64,000 nt of DNA, from the NCBI GenBank assembly GCA_051942245.1, contig JAVECL010000006.1, positions 62,001 through 126,000 of the forward strand, given 5' to 3'. Numbering within the stretch: the first letter of the stretch is position 1; each line of letters opens with the position of its first letter. Below, in pieces: positions 36,590 through 48,443 of this stretch. The position numbers and the translations under genes were made by a program. Source of the stretch: Trypethelium eluteriae (Eukaryota). The notes beneath the pieces are model-generated. The model saw nothing but the letters and a program-made list of their open reading frames with translations, was not told the DNA's origin and did no database searches.

Positions 36590-36864
36590 GATGAACGCTT
36601 GCACGTTGTGCAGCACACTACAGTATCGACTGATGAGTAGATGAATTGTATTTCTACCTACATTGGACGATAGATTGTGGCACTACGCCCTAGTCTCCCG
36701 CATTACACCCATACTACATTGTAGAAGCCTTTTGAAGACGAGACGACCAAGTCCAGTAGAAGGCTTAATTTATCAAGGTTCCAGTATTCATCTCCATCAA
36801 CTTTTTACATCAGTCAATCCATCACCAATTGCTCATCTGCTCGGGCTCTACCCTCATGCCCCTG

Positions 36865-38232
36865 TCATAACTCTGGCCCGACTCTCATCCCAGGCTCCTT
36901 AAAATTCTTACCACCCTTCCATACGTGTGTCACATTTTCGGCCTTGGAAAGAATGCCGATATCATTTAGAGGATTCGCATGTAGTGCAATAAGATCCGCG
37001 TCAAATCCTTCCTTGATCTGTCCAGACTTGGGTGCCATCTTTGTGCCAAGCGTCATTGGGCCTCTCGCTGTTGCTGCCTCAATAGCTTGCAGAGGCGTCA
37101 TGCCAGCCTCGACAGCGTATCTTAATTCCTGCCCGTCCTTCCCATGGCTTAAGTCATTGTTAGGTACACTGATACCCAGATCTGTCCCCAAGGCGATTTT
37201 AACCCCCTTCTTAACCGCCAATGCATAGGCTTGCCCGTGATATTTTGCGGTCTCCAATAACTTCTTATAGCTCTCTGGATTCATCAATTCTGGATGATTT
37301 ACCAGATTTGTGACGACCGTTCTCGTCGCTACAAGAATGGCATCCTTCTCTTTCATCATCTCGCACACCTCTTCATCTAAGTAGGTACCGTGCTCGATTG
37401 TCTTGACCCCAGCCTTTAAGCACTGCACAATCCCCTCTTTCCCATGGCAATGCGCCGCGATAATCCGTCCTGCACGAGCGGCCTCTTCTACCATGGCCAC
37501 CAGCTCCTCCATTGCAAATTCGGCCTGATGCGGATCATCCACAGAACTTAGCACCCCACCCGTCCCAGCAATCTTGATGACCTTGGCACCCTTACGAATA
37601 CATTGACGGACGGCCTTTCTACACTCGGCGACTCCATCCACGACTCTCAGTGGTAATCCGTGATCACTTACATCCTTCACCCATTGCTCACTGAGTGAGT
37701 GCGCATCACCATGCCCTGCCGTTGGGGAAATCATGGCCACGCTGGGATAGATATTCGGCCCAACAAGCTGTCCCTCGGCAATTGCTTGAGCGAGATCAGC
37801 GCCATAGCCACCTACTTCCCGAACTGAAGTGAATCCCGCATTAAGAGTACGGGCAACATCAGTAGCACTGCGAGCACCAGCAAGCGCTTGGGATGCTAGA
37901 GCGAAAGCGTCAATAGAGAGATAGAGATTACCGAAGTAATGCAAATGGCAGTCCCAGAGACCCGGGAGTAGTACGGGGACTGAAATACTCCTCATGATTC
38001 TTGACAGGACAGAATCTTCGAAGTCTGAGGTGGAGGTGATGGAGTGAATCTTAGGACCCTTGATTACGACGGTCATGTTTTCGGTAGGCTTGCCATAGCC
38101 AGGGATCAGGAGTTTAGTATGAATGGCGTGCATATCGGTAGAAAGATTGGTATCTTTGTCATTGGTATGCTCCAAATGAGAAGATGAAGCCCACGGAAGT
38201 GGTACTGTATACTCAGCGGGATTGCGAGTCAT
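36865..38232 (-). CDS. Metal-dependent amidohydrolase (prolidase-like / ochratoxinase-like subgroup)
   Basis: LLPGLWDCHLH, GFTSVREVGG, AGHGDAH, GAKVIKI, AHCHG, TIEHG, IALGTDLG, GMTPLQAIEAAT, ADLIAL..NPL. The ATG at 38232 is preferred over the track start at 38328. Confidence 0.92.
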   Translation of the reverse strand: MTRNPAEYTVPLPWASSSHLEHTNDKDTNLSTDMHAIHTKLLIPGYGKPTENMTVVIKGPKIHSITSTSDFEDSVLSRIMRSISVPVLLPGLWDCHLHYFGNLYLSIDAFALASQALAGARSATDVARTLNAGFTSVREVGGYGADLAQAIAEGQLVGPNIYPSVAMISPTAGHGDAHSLSEQWVKDVSDHGLPLRVVDGVAECRKAVRQCIRKGAKVIKIAGTGGVLSSVDDPHQAEFAMEELVAMVEEAARAGRIIAAHCHGKEGIVQCLKAGVKTIEHGTYLDEEVCEMMKEKDAILVATRTVVTNLVNHPELMNPESYKKLLETAKYHGQAYALAVKKGVKIALGTDLGISVPNNDLSHGKDGQELRYAVEAGMTPLQAIEAATARGPMTLGTKMAPKSGQIKEGFDADLIALHANPLNDIGILSKAENVTHVWKGGKNFKEPGMRVGPEL

Positions 38233-38680
38233 TTTGTCTTCTTGCCGCCAGATCAGTGAAGTGAGAGGTAAAAGGGAAGAATACGGGTACGTTGAGAGTA
38301 GGTCAAAGAACCCGAGAGCGCGGCTCATTTATCTGCTTGCGAGAAAGCGGACTGCGGACTCGAAAGCGTATTTCTTTAAGAACTACGGAGTAAAGTAATC
38401 AATACCAAGCACTGCCAAGTACCCTGCCGTGCCAGCGTGCCTGCATGGGAACGCATGGAGTGCCTTGACAGTCGTAATAGTGTCCGCAAAGAGGAAGGTG
38501 GGTGGCTCGTTGGTGGGCCCGGCCAATTGAAAACCCTTCAATAATTATCGTACCTTACATGTACCCAATTATGCATTGAATCAGAGCGTACCCCGTACCG
38601 CACCGTGCTCCTTGAGAACCCTCATTCATGCCATCTCGAATCCGCTCTCCCATAAGCACACGTAAGCTCTACTTACTGCC

Positions 38681-39724
38681 ATGCCGGAGCTCACCCCTGT
38701 CAAAGTTCGCGGAAAGAAAGGTAAAGAGTGGGCTGCGTTAATGAGGCGACGCAAGCGACTCATGTCCGAAGACCAACCAAGGGACGTGTACTCGAGCAAG
38801 CGGCGCAAGATTGATGAGAAGATTCAACCACATCTAGAAGCTCTTCCGACGGAGTTGCTTCAGTCCATATTTGTCTTCAGCCGTGAGGTCAATCTTCCCT
38901 TGGCTTCTCTTCGCCTCAGTGCCAAGCTTTCGGATAGACATTTGTACATGCACTTCTGCTTCCAGGCATTTTGCAAGGGCGACTATTTCCTATTAGATCC
39001 AGACGCCACATATACAACCCAAGATCTCGCGGACATCCCTGTTATGCGAAAAATCGCAGAATCCTCAATTTCGGACATCAACTTCAAGCTTAGCGAATAC
39101 CTGGCAAGCACTCATGAACCTGCTTTCCAGTCAGATGTTTTAAAGAGAAAATGGTTGACCTGGAGCTTCTACCGGGAGTACCTTCAGAAAGCTTTCGAGA
39201 AATCCAAGCAAGATTACGAAAATCAGCAGACAAGTAAGTCCGTTGACCAGGGCGACGGGCCTATGCATGAAAGAGCTTCTAAACGACAATCCATACATCG
39301 GAGAATGACAATCGAGCCTCAACCCCTCGACTTCGAGGCTGACGATCTCATTGTACGCAAAGAACCAGAATATCGCTGGATGAGGCTCCTTCCCAATTGC
39401 TACATACCAGAAAAGCTCTTCCACATTCCTTTCGCTCATGATCAACTCATGTTCTTAAAGACAGTGATTCGTGCAGGCGCAATCGTGGATTGGTATGGCA
39501 GTGCTGCTGGTGAACGTGCAGAGGTAGCTTTGGAGCATAGCATCGGGGAGGGCATTCCTGATGCAACGCGCCTGCTTTTACACGACGCTATTGGCATTCC
39601 GTGGCAGGGAAGGTACCTCGAGCAAGCATACAGGGAGAAAGCACGGCGACCGAAAAGGAATTTTGAGCCTATAATCTCATACCTAAAGGAAAGTAGAGAG
39701 CGCAGTGAACAGGACAATGTATGA
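38681..39724 (+). CDS. Hypothetical protein with basic NLS-like N-terminus and F-box-like motif
   Basis: 347-aa uninterrupted ORF. LEALPTELLQSIF..NLP resembles an F-box. KRRK and RRRKR clusters are present. Confidence 0.72.
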   Translation: MPELTPVKVRGKKGKEWAALMRRRKRLMSEDQPRDVYSSKRRKIDEKIQPHLEALPTELLQSIFVFSREVNLPLASLRLSAKLSDRHLYMHFCFQAFCKGDYFLLDPDATYTTQDLADIPVMRKIAESSISDINFKLSEYLASTHEPAFQSDVLKRKWLTWSFYREYLQKAFEKSKQDYENQQTSKSVDQGDGPMHERASKRQSIHRRMTIEPQPLDFEADDLIVRKEPEYRWMRLLPNCYIPEKLFHIPFAHDQLMFLKTVIRAGAIVDWYGSAAGERAEVALEHSIGEGIPDATRLLLHDAIGIPWQGRYLEQAYREKARRPKRNFEPIISYLKESRERSEQDNV

Positions 39725-40488
39725 AGAATTTCTGGTCAGAAGTAAAGATATCCTGATCCCACCGATATATATATTTCCCTTCAAACCGGGGACAAGACAG
39801 AGAGACACAGTGGTGTACTCACAAGATCAGCAGATCTCTTATGGATACGGCTAGCCGAATCAGGCCCACGTGAAGAATTTGCTAGGTCAAAACTCCACCC
39901 CTATCTTGAACAAACAGGGGCTGGTGGAGAAAGGGAGTAGAGCGGATGCCAAGTCTCGAATATCAATCCATTTGAGGGTATTGCGAATTGTCTGATCAAG
40001 GAGTGGATCATTCCATGAGAAATACTAGATGCACTTTCTGCCCAGTCACCTACTTACATTGCAAGAGAAGAGTTGGCCGATACAAAGTTCTGGAGAAAAA
40101 TCTTCATCACCGAATGGACTAAGAAAATGTAGCTACCATTTCAAAGAGCGTACGTGGAGCGCAAGTGGATGTGGAGTTGCGAGATTTGCGGCAGGAGAGA
40201 ACCCCCCCTCCCTTTTTTTTTTGTAAAGCTGACTCTTCCAACATTTTCAACCACTGAGAGCATTACATGTCGAAAAGGAAATCTTGGAGCGTGAACCGCT
40301 ACGCGATGAATTGCCGTAGAGATAGTAATCCAGCGAGAATGCTTGCCAAGATTGGCGCGTATGATAGCCGCAGTCGTAGAGTACAGCCATTATACCATAC
40401 CCCCTCCGAATTGTACCGACATCATATATACCCGAAGTATTCATAGCCTCTCCCTTTCCTATCTCTTAGAGGCAGCCGGCATGTTCAA

Positions 40489-41058
40489 TCATACAACCCA
40501 CAGACTCAAGGCAACGCCCTTCGCGAAACACACTACAGCTACTACGTCGACAGCCAATGTCCTCAGCAGGTGCACCATTAACCAACCCCTCGTTTCTTGC
40601 TCATTTACAGCTATAATATCCCTCTCTTCTTTCTTGGCTCCCTTCTCTTCAACTTGTTCAATAATCCGCCGCACCCTTGGTATGACGAATGGCACAAATG
40701 CAAAATGCCCGAGGCTTGCTGCGGAACCATACATGTACCATCGCGCGATCTCGGACGTCTCAAGGTGTCGATGTTGGTGCAACCAACGAGAAGATAGACC
40801 GCCAGAGATAGCGGAGGTCAGGAAGAGAGCAGCTACAACGGTGGTGCCCGGGACAATAAATTTGGACCAGAAGTAGGAGAGAGGTCTGCCAGAGAGAGCG
40901 CTATAATTTGAGGAAGCTGTAGGCTGAGGAAGATGTGAGCTAGTGGGGGAGATAGGTTTAGGGAGGAAGGTGATGAATAAGGGGAATTGGAAGACGGAGA
41001 GGGCGAGAGAGGCGGAAGAGGAGCAGAGCGGGAGGAGTAAGGCGGGATGCGAAGTCAT
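40489..41058 (-). CDS. Small integral membrane protein (DUF1772-like)
   Basis: Four hydrophobic segments, with GHFAFVP and WLMVHLLRTLAVD motifs typical of this fungal family. Confidence 0.7.
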   Translation of the reverse strand: MTSHPALLLPLCSSSASLALSVFQFPLFITFLPKPISPTSSHLPQPTASSNYSALSGRPLSYFWSKFIVPGTTVVAALFLTSAISGGLSSRWLHQHRHLETSEIARWYMYGSAASLGHFAFVPFVIPRVRRIIEQVEEKGAKKEERDIIAVNEQETRGWLMVHLLRTLAVDVVAVVCFAKGVALSLWVV

Positions 41059-43093
41059 GACTCTTCTTCGGATGAAAACTTTTGTCAGCTTGGCTGAGCG
41101 AGACGTTACCGTCAACAATGTGGATATAAGCGTGACGGGCGAAAGAAGAGTTGAGAACCATGGTGGTGATGGGGTAGTTTAAGTTAGGTCTGATGGGTAG
41201 AAGAGGGGCAGTCGTTGGCCATCACGACCACCTCCACCTCACACTAAAAATGTCACAGACTTCCCCACACCATTTATTTGTGGTAAGGCGTTAGTGCGCA
41301 TCAAGTGCACAGGCAACTTCAGATTGTAACTGGTAACAGTAGGAATGACCTCTAATATACGATAGAGCAATACCAGCACGGACGCCTACAAGGAGAAGGC
41401 TTTATAACGGATCCATCTCCACCAAAACGATACTACTCTAATTCTGCAGAACCTTCCGTCAGAACGTTCACGGCCATCTGCAACTGATCAACGAAGACAG
41501 TCTAGCCCCATGAAGCCCGACCAGCACAAGAAGAGAAGGGCTCGGAACAAAAGCTGCGATCGTGTCCGTCGTTATTCTTCCCGCCCATTTGTGCGAACCG
41601 TAATAGTTCAGTGTCGATCGTAGAACGACTAGAGGTCTTTCCACTTCAATCTTCGATCGCAGCTCCGGTTTTGTTCTTTCTATCTTGTTCTTCAATCATA
41701 TGACTCTCTTCTTTTTGCATATGCTGCACCTCTTTGGCAAGAGTAGCGTTCCAATCAGGAGGAATGACGGAATTCAATTCAGAAGAACTACGTCCTGACA
41801 GTCGACCAGATGATCGTCCTTGGGATTCGATCGGCTGGTTGATAGACCAAGTCTTATGAAGGTGAGGCTGTATCCTAGCAGAACCAGTTGCAGATAAAAT
41901 GGCGAGGAAAAAAATGAATAGAGTTGATGGAAAGACGCTTGCGCTGGTGGGGCTGCCTCGCACAGACTTCAAGTCACGTGCTATCACTGAAAGAAAAATG
42001 ATCCGTGCGAGGCAGCCCACTGCACCAGCGCAAGGGATAAATCCACCCAAGTTTTGTCTCATGACTCCTCACCAGACAAATTAATGAGTACACACTCCTT
42101 CTAACACGGCAGTTGTCATAGACAGACAAACTTCATGTACGCTCTCATGGCGCAATTCCGATCGCCCAAGATATACTTGAAGATGCACGAAGGAATCACA
42201 AGATCAGCAGATAAGCAATGAACGTCACAATTGCGGAAGGTTCAGGTGAGCTCCGTGCCACAGGGAGTGGCTGTTGTAGAAGATCCTCCCCGCACCGCCA
42301 ACATGGTGTGGCAGCTGCGTAAGCCACATGTGGCAGCTCTTTACCTGCACCGCCACAATCTAACGCTTGTGGCTTGATGATCCGAATGCCCGAAGCAGAA
42401 AAGTGGAGCTAGACGGACGCTAAAGAAGGGCCAGCTGCTGCAGGTTTCCAAGAATTCGATGTGAGCAACCAGGGAAACTGAGAAATTGCACATTTGCGGC
42501 CCCTACCCTGGCTGGCCAAGTTTTCATCGTGACCACCCCTATGGTCAATCGTGAAGCATAAAGACGTCCGGATCGCCGATTGATGCGGTAAACCACATTG
42601 GAAAAGGCATCGCGCCACGTAAATTGCGTACTGACATCAACTTGAAATGGCATGGTGCTTTCTCTCCAGCTCCGAAAGCAGTAACGTGAGTACGACGTGA
42701 TGAGCCTGGTGGCACGGTTATGGACGTATCATTCACTGTGCAAGGGTCAAGGAGCTCTGTCGTCATAGCAATCTCCACGCAACCCCCGCTAACGTGAATT
42801 GTTTGATATTAAAGTGCTGCCGGCTTGCTGTTTCCCTGTCGTCAATAATTCAAACAAGCCGGGCATTCCTTCCACAGACCACCAGTCACCCAAGCTCAGA
42901 GCTTCTCATCAACTACCTGCCTCGCCCAATCTTCTGATCTCCAACTTTCACCTCCTTTACAGCCTAGGACTGCAGACTACTCACTCTACTCAGCAGCTGT
43001 ATCTGAGACCCTCTCCGGTATCGAGACTACCGAGTCCCACGCTCCTCTTCAGTTGTTTCCCTCACTCCAGCTTATCGTTCCTCAACCGTCACA

Positions 43094-43464
43094 ATGGGTG
43101 CTGTTGGCTCTTGTGTGAGTTTCTCGTTGCTCGGTACCGTTTATTGATGGTTTTGTCACTGACCTGAATCCTCAGCTTCGCACTATCGTCGATAGTATCG
43201 GCAGTTGCCTTATGGCAATTGTAAACGCCATCGCCAGCGTCTTCTCAGTTATCATCAATGGTACGTATTTTCCCAACAGTGTCTCCCAATCCCCCGACCT
43301 TACCCCAGCACCATTCATTCTCATTCTCAATCTCCCAAAGCATGAATTATTAATAACATTCCCCAACAGGCATTGTTGCAGTGCTCGATGCAATTATTAC
43401 TTGCGTCACCTGTGGCAGAGCTGGTCGTCGTCGTAGGACGCGACATGCAACGAGCGCGGTTTAG
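43094..43464 (+). CDS. 66-aa three-exon amphipathic microprotein with N-myristoylation-like start
   Basis: Exons 43094..43114, 43176..43260 and 43370..43464 with canonical introns give MGAVGSCLRTIVDSIGSCLMAIVNAIASVFSVIINGIVAVLDAIITCVTCGRAGRRRRTRHATSAV*. Confidence 0.8.
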
Positions 43465-44461
43465 CACCGCCAGCGCTACCCCGACGGCGCAACGGCATAC
43501 AAAAGCACGTAACATGGTGTCAGTGTTTCGATGCTGATGTGGGACTTTGATTTATGATCAGCCTGTTCTGGAATGCGGCATCATTTCTCCACGCTTAACG
43601 ACAAACTTTCCAAAATCCGAGACAATTTCAGCATTGGATTAAAACCCGACTATCGGTACATGCCTATACCAAGGGTCGGAAGGGATATTTCCTCGTCGCC
43701 TCATTCTTCCTACCACACGGCTTCGGAGTCTCGACGACAGTCACCTCAGTCATTGTCTGTTGATGAGGAGCCGCAGGATGAGGCGGCCTCTTGCTTTCAC
43801 GAATCCAATGAGATGTCAAGGAGTTCGTCCCCTGAAGTATTTGTCCTGGAGGAATAAGGAACATGTATTTGTTCCAGGCTCTCTTTCTAGGATTGGCAGT
43901 CATTTATTCGTACTTATCGTCCCACACAGTCGCTAGCATACTCACACCCAGTTTTTGTCGTCGTTTCTGGCCGAGGGGTTTTGCGCTGGAGTCTGTTCAT
44001 GACTTTCCGCGGTCATCATTTCGTTCATGGTTACTTGAGTTTGTGGTTGAAGAAGACGAGAGAGGGGGGACAACAGCACTGCTGCGTTTCATCAGAAATC
44101 ATACAAACCCGATACCAAACTTTTGTTGATGCTTTGATACCCTCTTGCATGGTGTAGGTAGTTGGTAATGTACCTTTGAGTACTCTTAATGGAAATATCA
44201 ATGCTTTTGTCTCTTTTCAAAGCACCTGTGCAGGCGGAAATTTCCGCCAATCTTTAAATGTGATTATGTCTTATGAGCTATGATAAATTTATTGTGACGG
44301 TGGTTTTGTCTGACTTCATTCGTCATGCTGTTTGCCTTCGCAGCTGTGGAGCAGAGGACATTGGAGGATGAAAGAAGCTCGAGCGGCCGGACGGATTCCG
44401 CAGGGCGACATCATCGCTCAGATCGCTTCAACATTTCTACGCATGACCGTCGCCTCGAGAA

Positions 44462-46436
44462 ATGAACCCGCTTGGATCCAGTGGATTTCCTATACCATCC
44501 ACTACGCTTCTCCGATTCCTCAAGCAACAGGTTGAAACGCCCTCGTTCTTCACCTCTAACGCGAGCTCTGCTCTCAAAAACTCCGCGTTTCGACAGGCAC
44601 ATAGGTGGTGGGCAAAGGCGAACAAGGGGACATCTCGCACACCTTCGCAATGTAGCACTCGTCGTCTATCTACATCTTCTTCTTTGTGTGAGGCAGCTCA
44701 GCCATGGCGACGAAAATTCACCACATCGGATTCTTATGACGCTTTGCCACAACAATCTCTCTGCTCATCGATTTTCTACCTTCCACAGCGCCCTCCTAGC
44801 AAAAGCTTGCCATCTTCATCTCGCGCTATCTCTCAGAAATCACAAGGGAGACTTGATGCGCAAGAGCGCAGATCAAGATGGCGTCTCTGGAAGATCGGTA
44901 GACGACCGCTCAACGAATCTCTCCAGCCAGATGACTTACCCTCACTCGGTGGCTTCTTGGACGACGGTGCCGGTTTCGGACGGATCTTAAAACCTTCAAC
45001 GGACTTGCGTTTGAGATGTACAGAACTGGATGAGAAAGGAAATGTTACGCTAGTCAGTGGGGAATTCAAGAAGAGCGAGCTAATACAGAAGGTAATTCGT
45101 TACTCCACAGCGCTCGAACTCTATACTCTTTACAAAGTTAAGCGCAATAATTGACCACAAGATTCACAGTACGGTCTTCTTCCACGCGATCTTAGGAAAA
45201 TCGACTCCTCCCTCCTCCCGAACATTCTCGTTCGCCCTTCTGCTATCCTAATCAACCTCCTTCATTTGCGCGTCCTGATCAAACACGATCGGGTACTTGT
45301 CTTTGATGCATACGGCTCACAAGACTCCTATAATACATCCCTCTTCATGTACGATCTTGAAGGCAGGCTTCGACAAGGGAGCGAAACAGGGAAGATGACG
45401 AGCGGCGTCGGAGCTCTCCCATATGAGTTTCGTGCTCTTGAAGCTGTTCTGATCTCGGTAACGACTGGATTAGAAGGCGAATTTGACGGAGTCAGAGATC
45501 CTGTCGTGAGAGTGCTAAGAGAGTTAGAAGAGGACATTGATAGGGATCGATTACGGCACTTACTCGTTTATAGTAAGAAGTTGGGCACCTTTGAGCAGAA
45601 AGCACGATTAGTGCGAGATGCGATTGATGATATCCTCGAAGCAGACGACGATCTCGCGGACATGTACCTGACAGAAAAGGCACAGGGAAAGGAGAGAGCC
45701 GAAGATGACCATACGGAAGTTGAGATGTTGTTGGAATCATATCACAAGGTCTGCGACGAAATTGTTCAGGTATCGGGCAACTTAGTCTCCAACATCAAGA
45801 ATACTGAGGAGATGTAAGTACTTTGCTCATATAGTGACCCTCCTCAATCCCTCGCCTCAAGACTAGACTAACAAATTACTACGGTATAGTGTTCGAGCCA
45901 TCCTGGACGCCAACCGAAATGCCCTCATGCAACTCGACCTTAAATTTTCCGTTTATACACTCGGTCTTGCGGCTGGTACTTTCACGGCTGCCTTATATGG
46001 CATGAATCTCAAGAACTTTATCGAAGAGTCCGACCTTGGTTTCTGGGGTGTCAGCGCTTTCTGTGCCTTCTCGTGTGTTATAGTCTTTGGATATGGTCTA
46101 CAAAAGCTTCGAAGAGTGCAACGACTGAAGATGTGGGGCGGAGAACAGGCTGATCGATTGGGTAGAATGGGTGGTGTGGAGAGTATGGGGCTTGGAGTCG
46201 CAAAACATAGGACGGGAAGCGAAGGGTGGAGGATGTGGGAGAAGGATATGCGCGATCGAAAACAAGAGAGGGACTTAGAGTTGGAAAAAATCAGAGAAGG
46301 CGACCCACGTATGGTGTTGGGTGGAGAAAAAGCGGTGAAAGGGGAGGGATTAAGAGAGGCAGCGAGGAAGAACATGAAGGCAGCGGAAAGGTTGAGCAAG
46401 ATGCCAGTCGCAGCGGCAAGGATGAGAGAGCCCTGA
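44462..46436 (+). CDS. Mitochondrial Mg2+ transporter, CorA-family Mrs2/Lpe10
   Basis: LRCTELD..GEFKKSELIQK|YGLLPRDLRKID, LPYEFRALE, DDDLADMYLT, EVEMLLESY, ILDANRNALM and the YGMNL signature. Introns are at 45092..45169 and 45814..45889. The N-terminus is Arg/Ser-rich and presequence-like. Confidence 0.95.
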
Positions 46437-48443
46437 GCATTGTAGATGCCTGGGTCCAGTTCAGAAGGTTGCCCTGCGACCATAATATAGGGAGTGGAAT
46501 CTCTAGAGTCTTCTCTTGGTTGACGTCAAATGGCAAATGGGCAAAGGTGCATAGCGTCGGTGTTTATCCATGGCGATTGGAACAACCACTTCAATGTAAC
46601 ACTATTTGGCGAAGATCTCAACTTTCTCGTCAATTTCTAAGTATAAGTTGTTATCGAGTAGTAGAACTACTGAACTCTGAGCATAGAGAACAGGTTCTTT
46701 ACTATCTATCTCTCATCAGAGTCCGACTTTTCCGTCAGGATCCAATTCCCATTATCTGAAAAAGTTCGTGTATCAACAATCTGAATGGGACAGGAATTTG
46801 ACGTTATCAAGGCTTGAGGCTCTTTATCTCAATAGAGAATCGAGTTGCAGACAATAGCCATGATCAATATTCTCTTGAACTATCGTGGATAGACAGCGAT
46901 ATATCTACTTTACCTTGATACCATAGTGTCGAAGACGCTCTAATTAGTATCTAATCTACTTGGGGTACTCGACAAGGACAATCTTGTTTCAATGGTAAAC
47001 ATACTGCTTGTCTATTGAATTGTGTGGTATGCTGTGGGCGAAGTAATGATCAATTTAGTCGATTTGCTCTCGTATCTATTCTAAATATCATGAATTGCCC
47101 AATCTCAAAGCTCGTTCATCATCCTTGACATCAACATTTCCAATGATACATAGTACACAGCGGTAGGCTTGTAACCTCCGAAGCTGCAACGTCATTTGAA
47201 CGTCCCTACGTAGTATCAACGTACTTCTTGTCCTTTCGAACTTGCCTTAGGGTCTTCGCCATGGATTTCAGTATCTCTGTCTTATCCTTCTGTCTTGGGT
47301 GAGGGTAGTGGAACACGGCTTTCTTCACGGTGGCCTCTTGTTAGTTGTTACCGCATATTCCCCCTTGAAGTCTAGGTGGAGGCCTACGCACAGGCTTAAT
47401 CATAGTTCAGACATTTCATTGGCGGCTGGTAGACATTATCGAACAGTGTCTGTCGGAAAAGTCTCTTTACTGGCGAAGAGAAAGTTCTTGTCGATCGGGA
47501 TAGATTGTTAATACTTCAGGGCAACAGCTTATATGCCTCTTGCACTCTACATTAAAAGCGGGCATGGGGTGAAGCTAGGGGTCAAATACACGCTTTGCAT
47601 AGGCTTGCGTACATGAAGTTGGATTTGAGCTTGTCTTTGTCTTAGACCGATGTCAACTCTTCTGTACGTGTGCAGTGTCGAGGCGAGCCACGGTCAATCA
47701 TTGTGACTACTTGTACCTCATCCAGAACCAAGATTAGAAAATCTTGCTGATATTGCAGATATTGCGAATGAGAGGTTTGCAGAGATTCTTACCATTGAAG
47801 AAGCAGATTGGAAAAATGAAGTATGCGAAGAACCGATACAAGACCACATGGAGATTGATTTTCAATGACCGCAGGATCTTACCAATTCCATAGATGGGTC
47901 TCAGATAGATAGCACTTTGCAATGAATTTTCATATTGAACTGCATACCAGGTATCCAAGCCCCTACGTCAGGGAAGAATAGGAGAACTTTCAGGGCATGA
48001 TTTCTCCGTGTCCGCAAATAGATGAGAAGCGGTATGAGGCGGGGTCCCGATCACCTGATCTCAAGCGTCAGGCCTGCAACGGGCAGTCATGACGATGAAG
48101 TGCATCGGATTCTCTCTTTTTCTTAGCAAATTGCCCCACGTGCCAGAAACAGTCTACTCCACCAGACCAAAAATGGACTCAAGTTTTGCTATTATCTCTC
48201 CAAGCCCCTCTAATGATCCAGCCGTGCCACTACCGGCATCTAGTGCGGGCTGCTATGTTTTCATTCTGTTTCTCCACTTTGGTTGCCCCCAAATTCTTAC
48301 CAAAGCCTTTATGAGTTGAGTACGGTCCAACACATACAGTACCTCCATAACAGACTTGGTCTCTGTACCGGCTGCATGCCTTGCTGTAGCACATTGCGTT
48401 CCTAGGTTATATCGAGTTCGAGAGAGCTACGCTTCGTTTTAAG

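Noticed and set aside
46500..48300. Short minus-strand ORFs with intron-like signals
   Set aside because: No identifiable family or coherent gene model.
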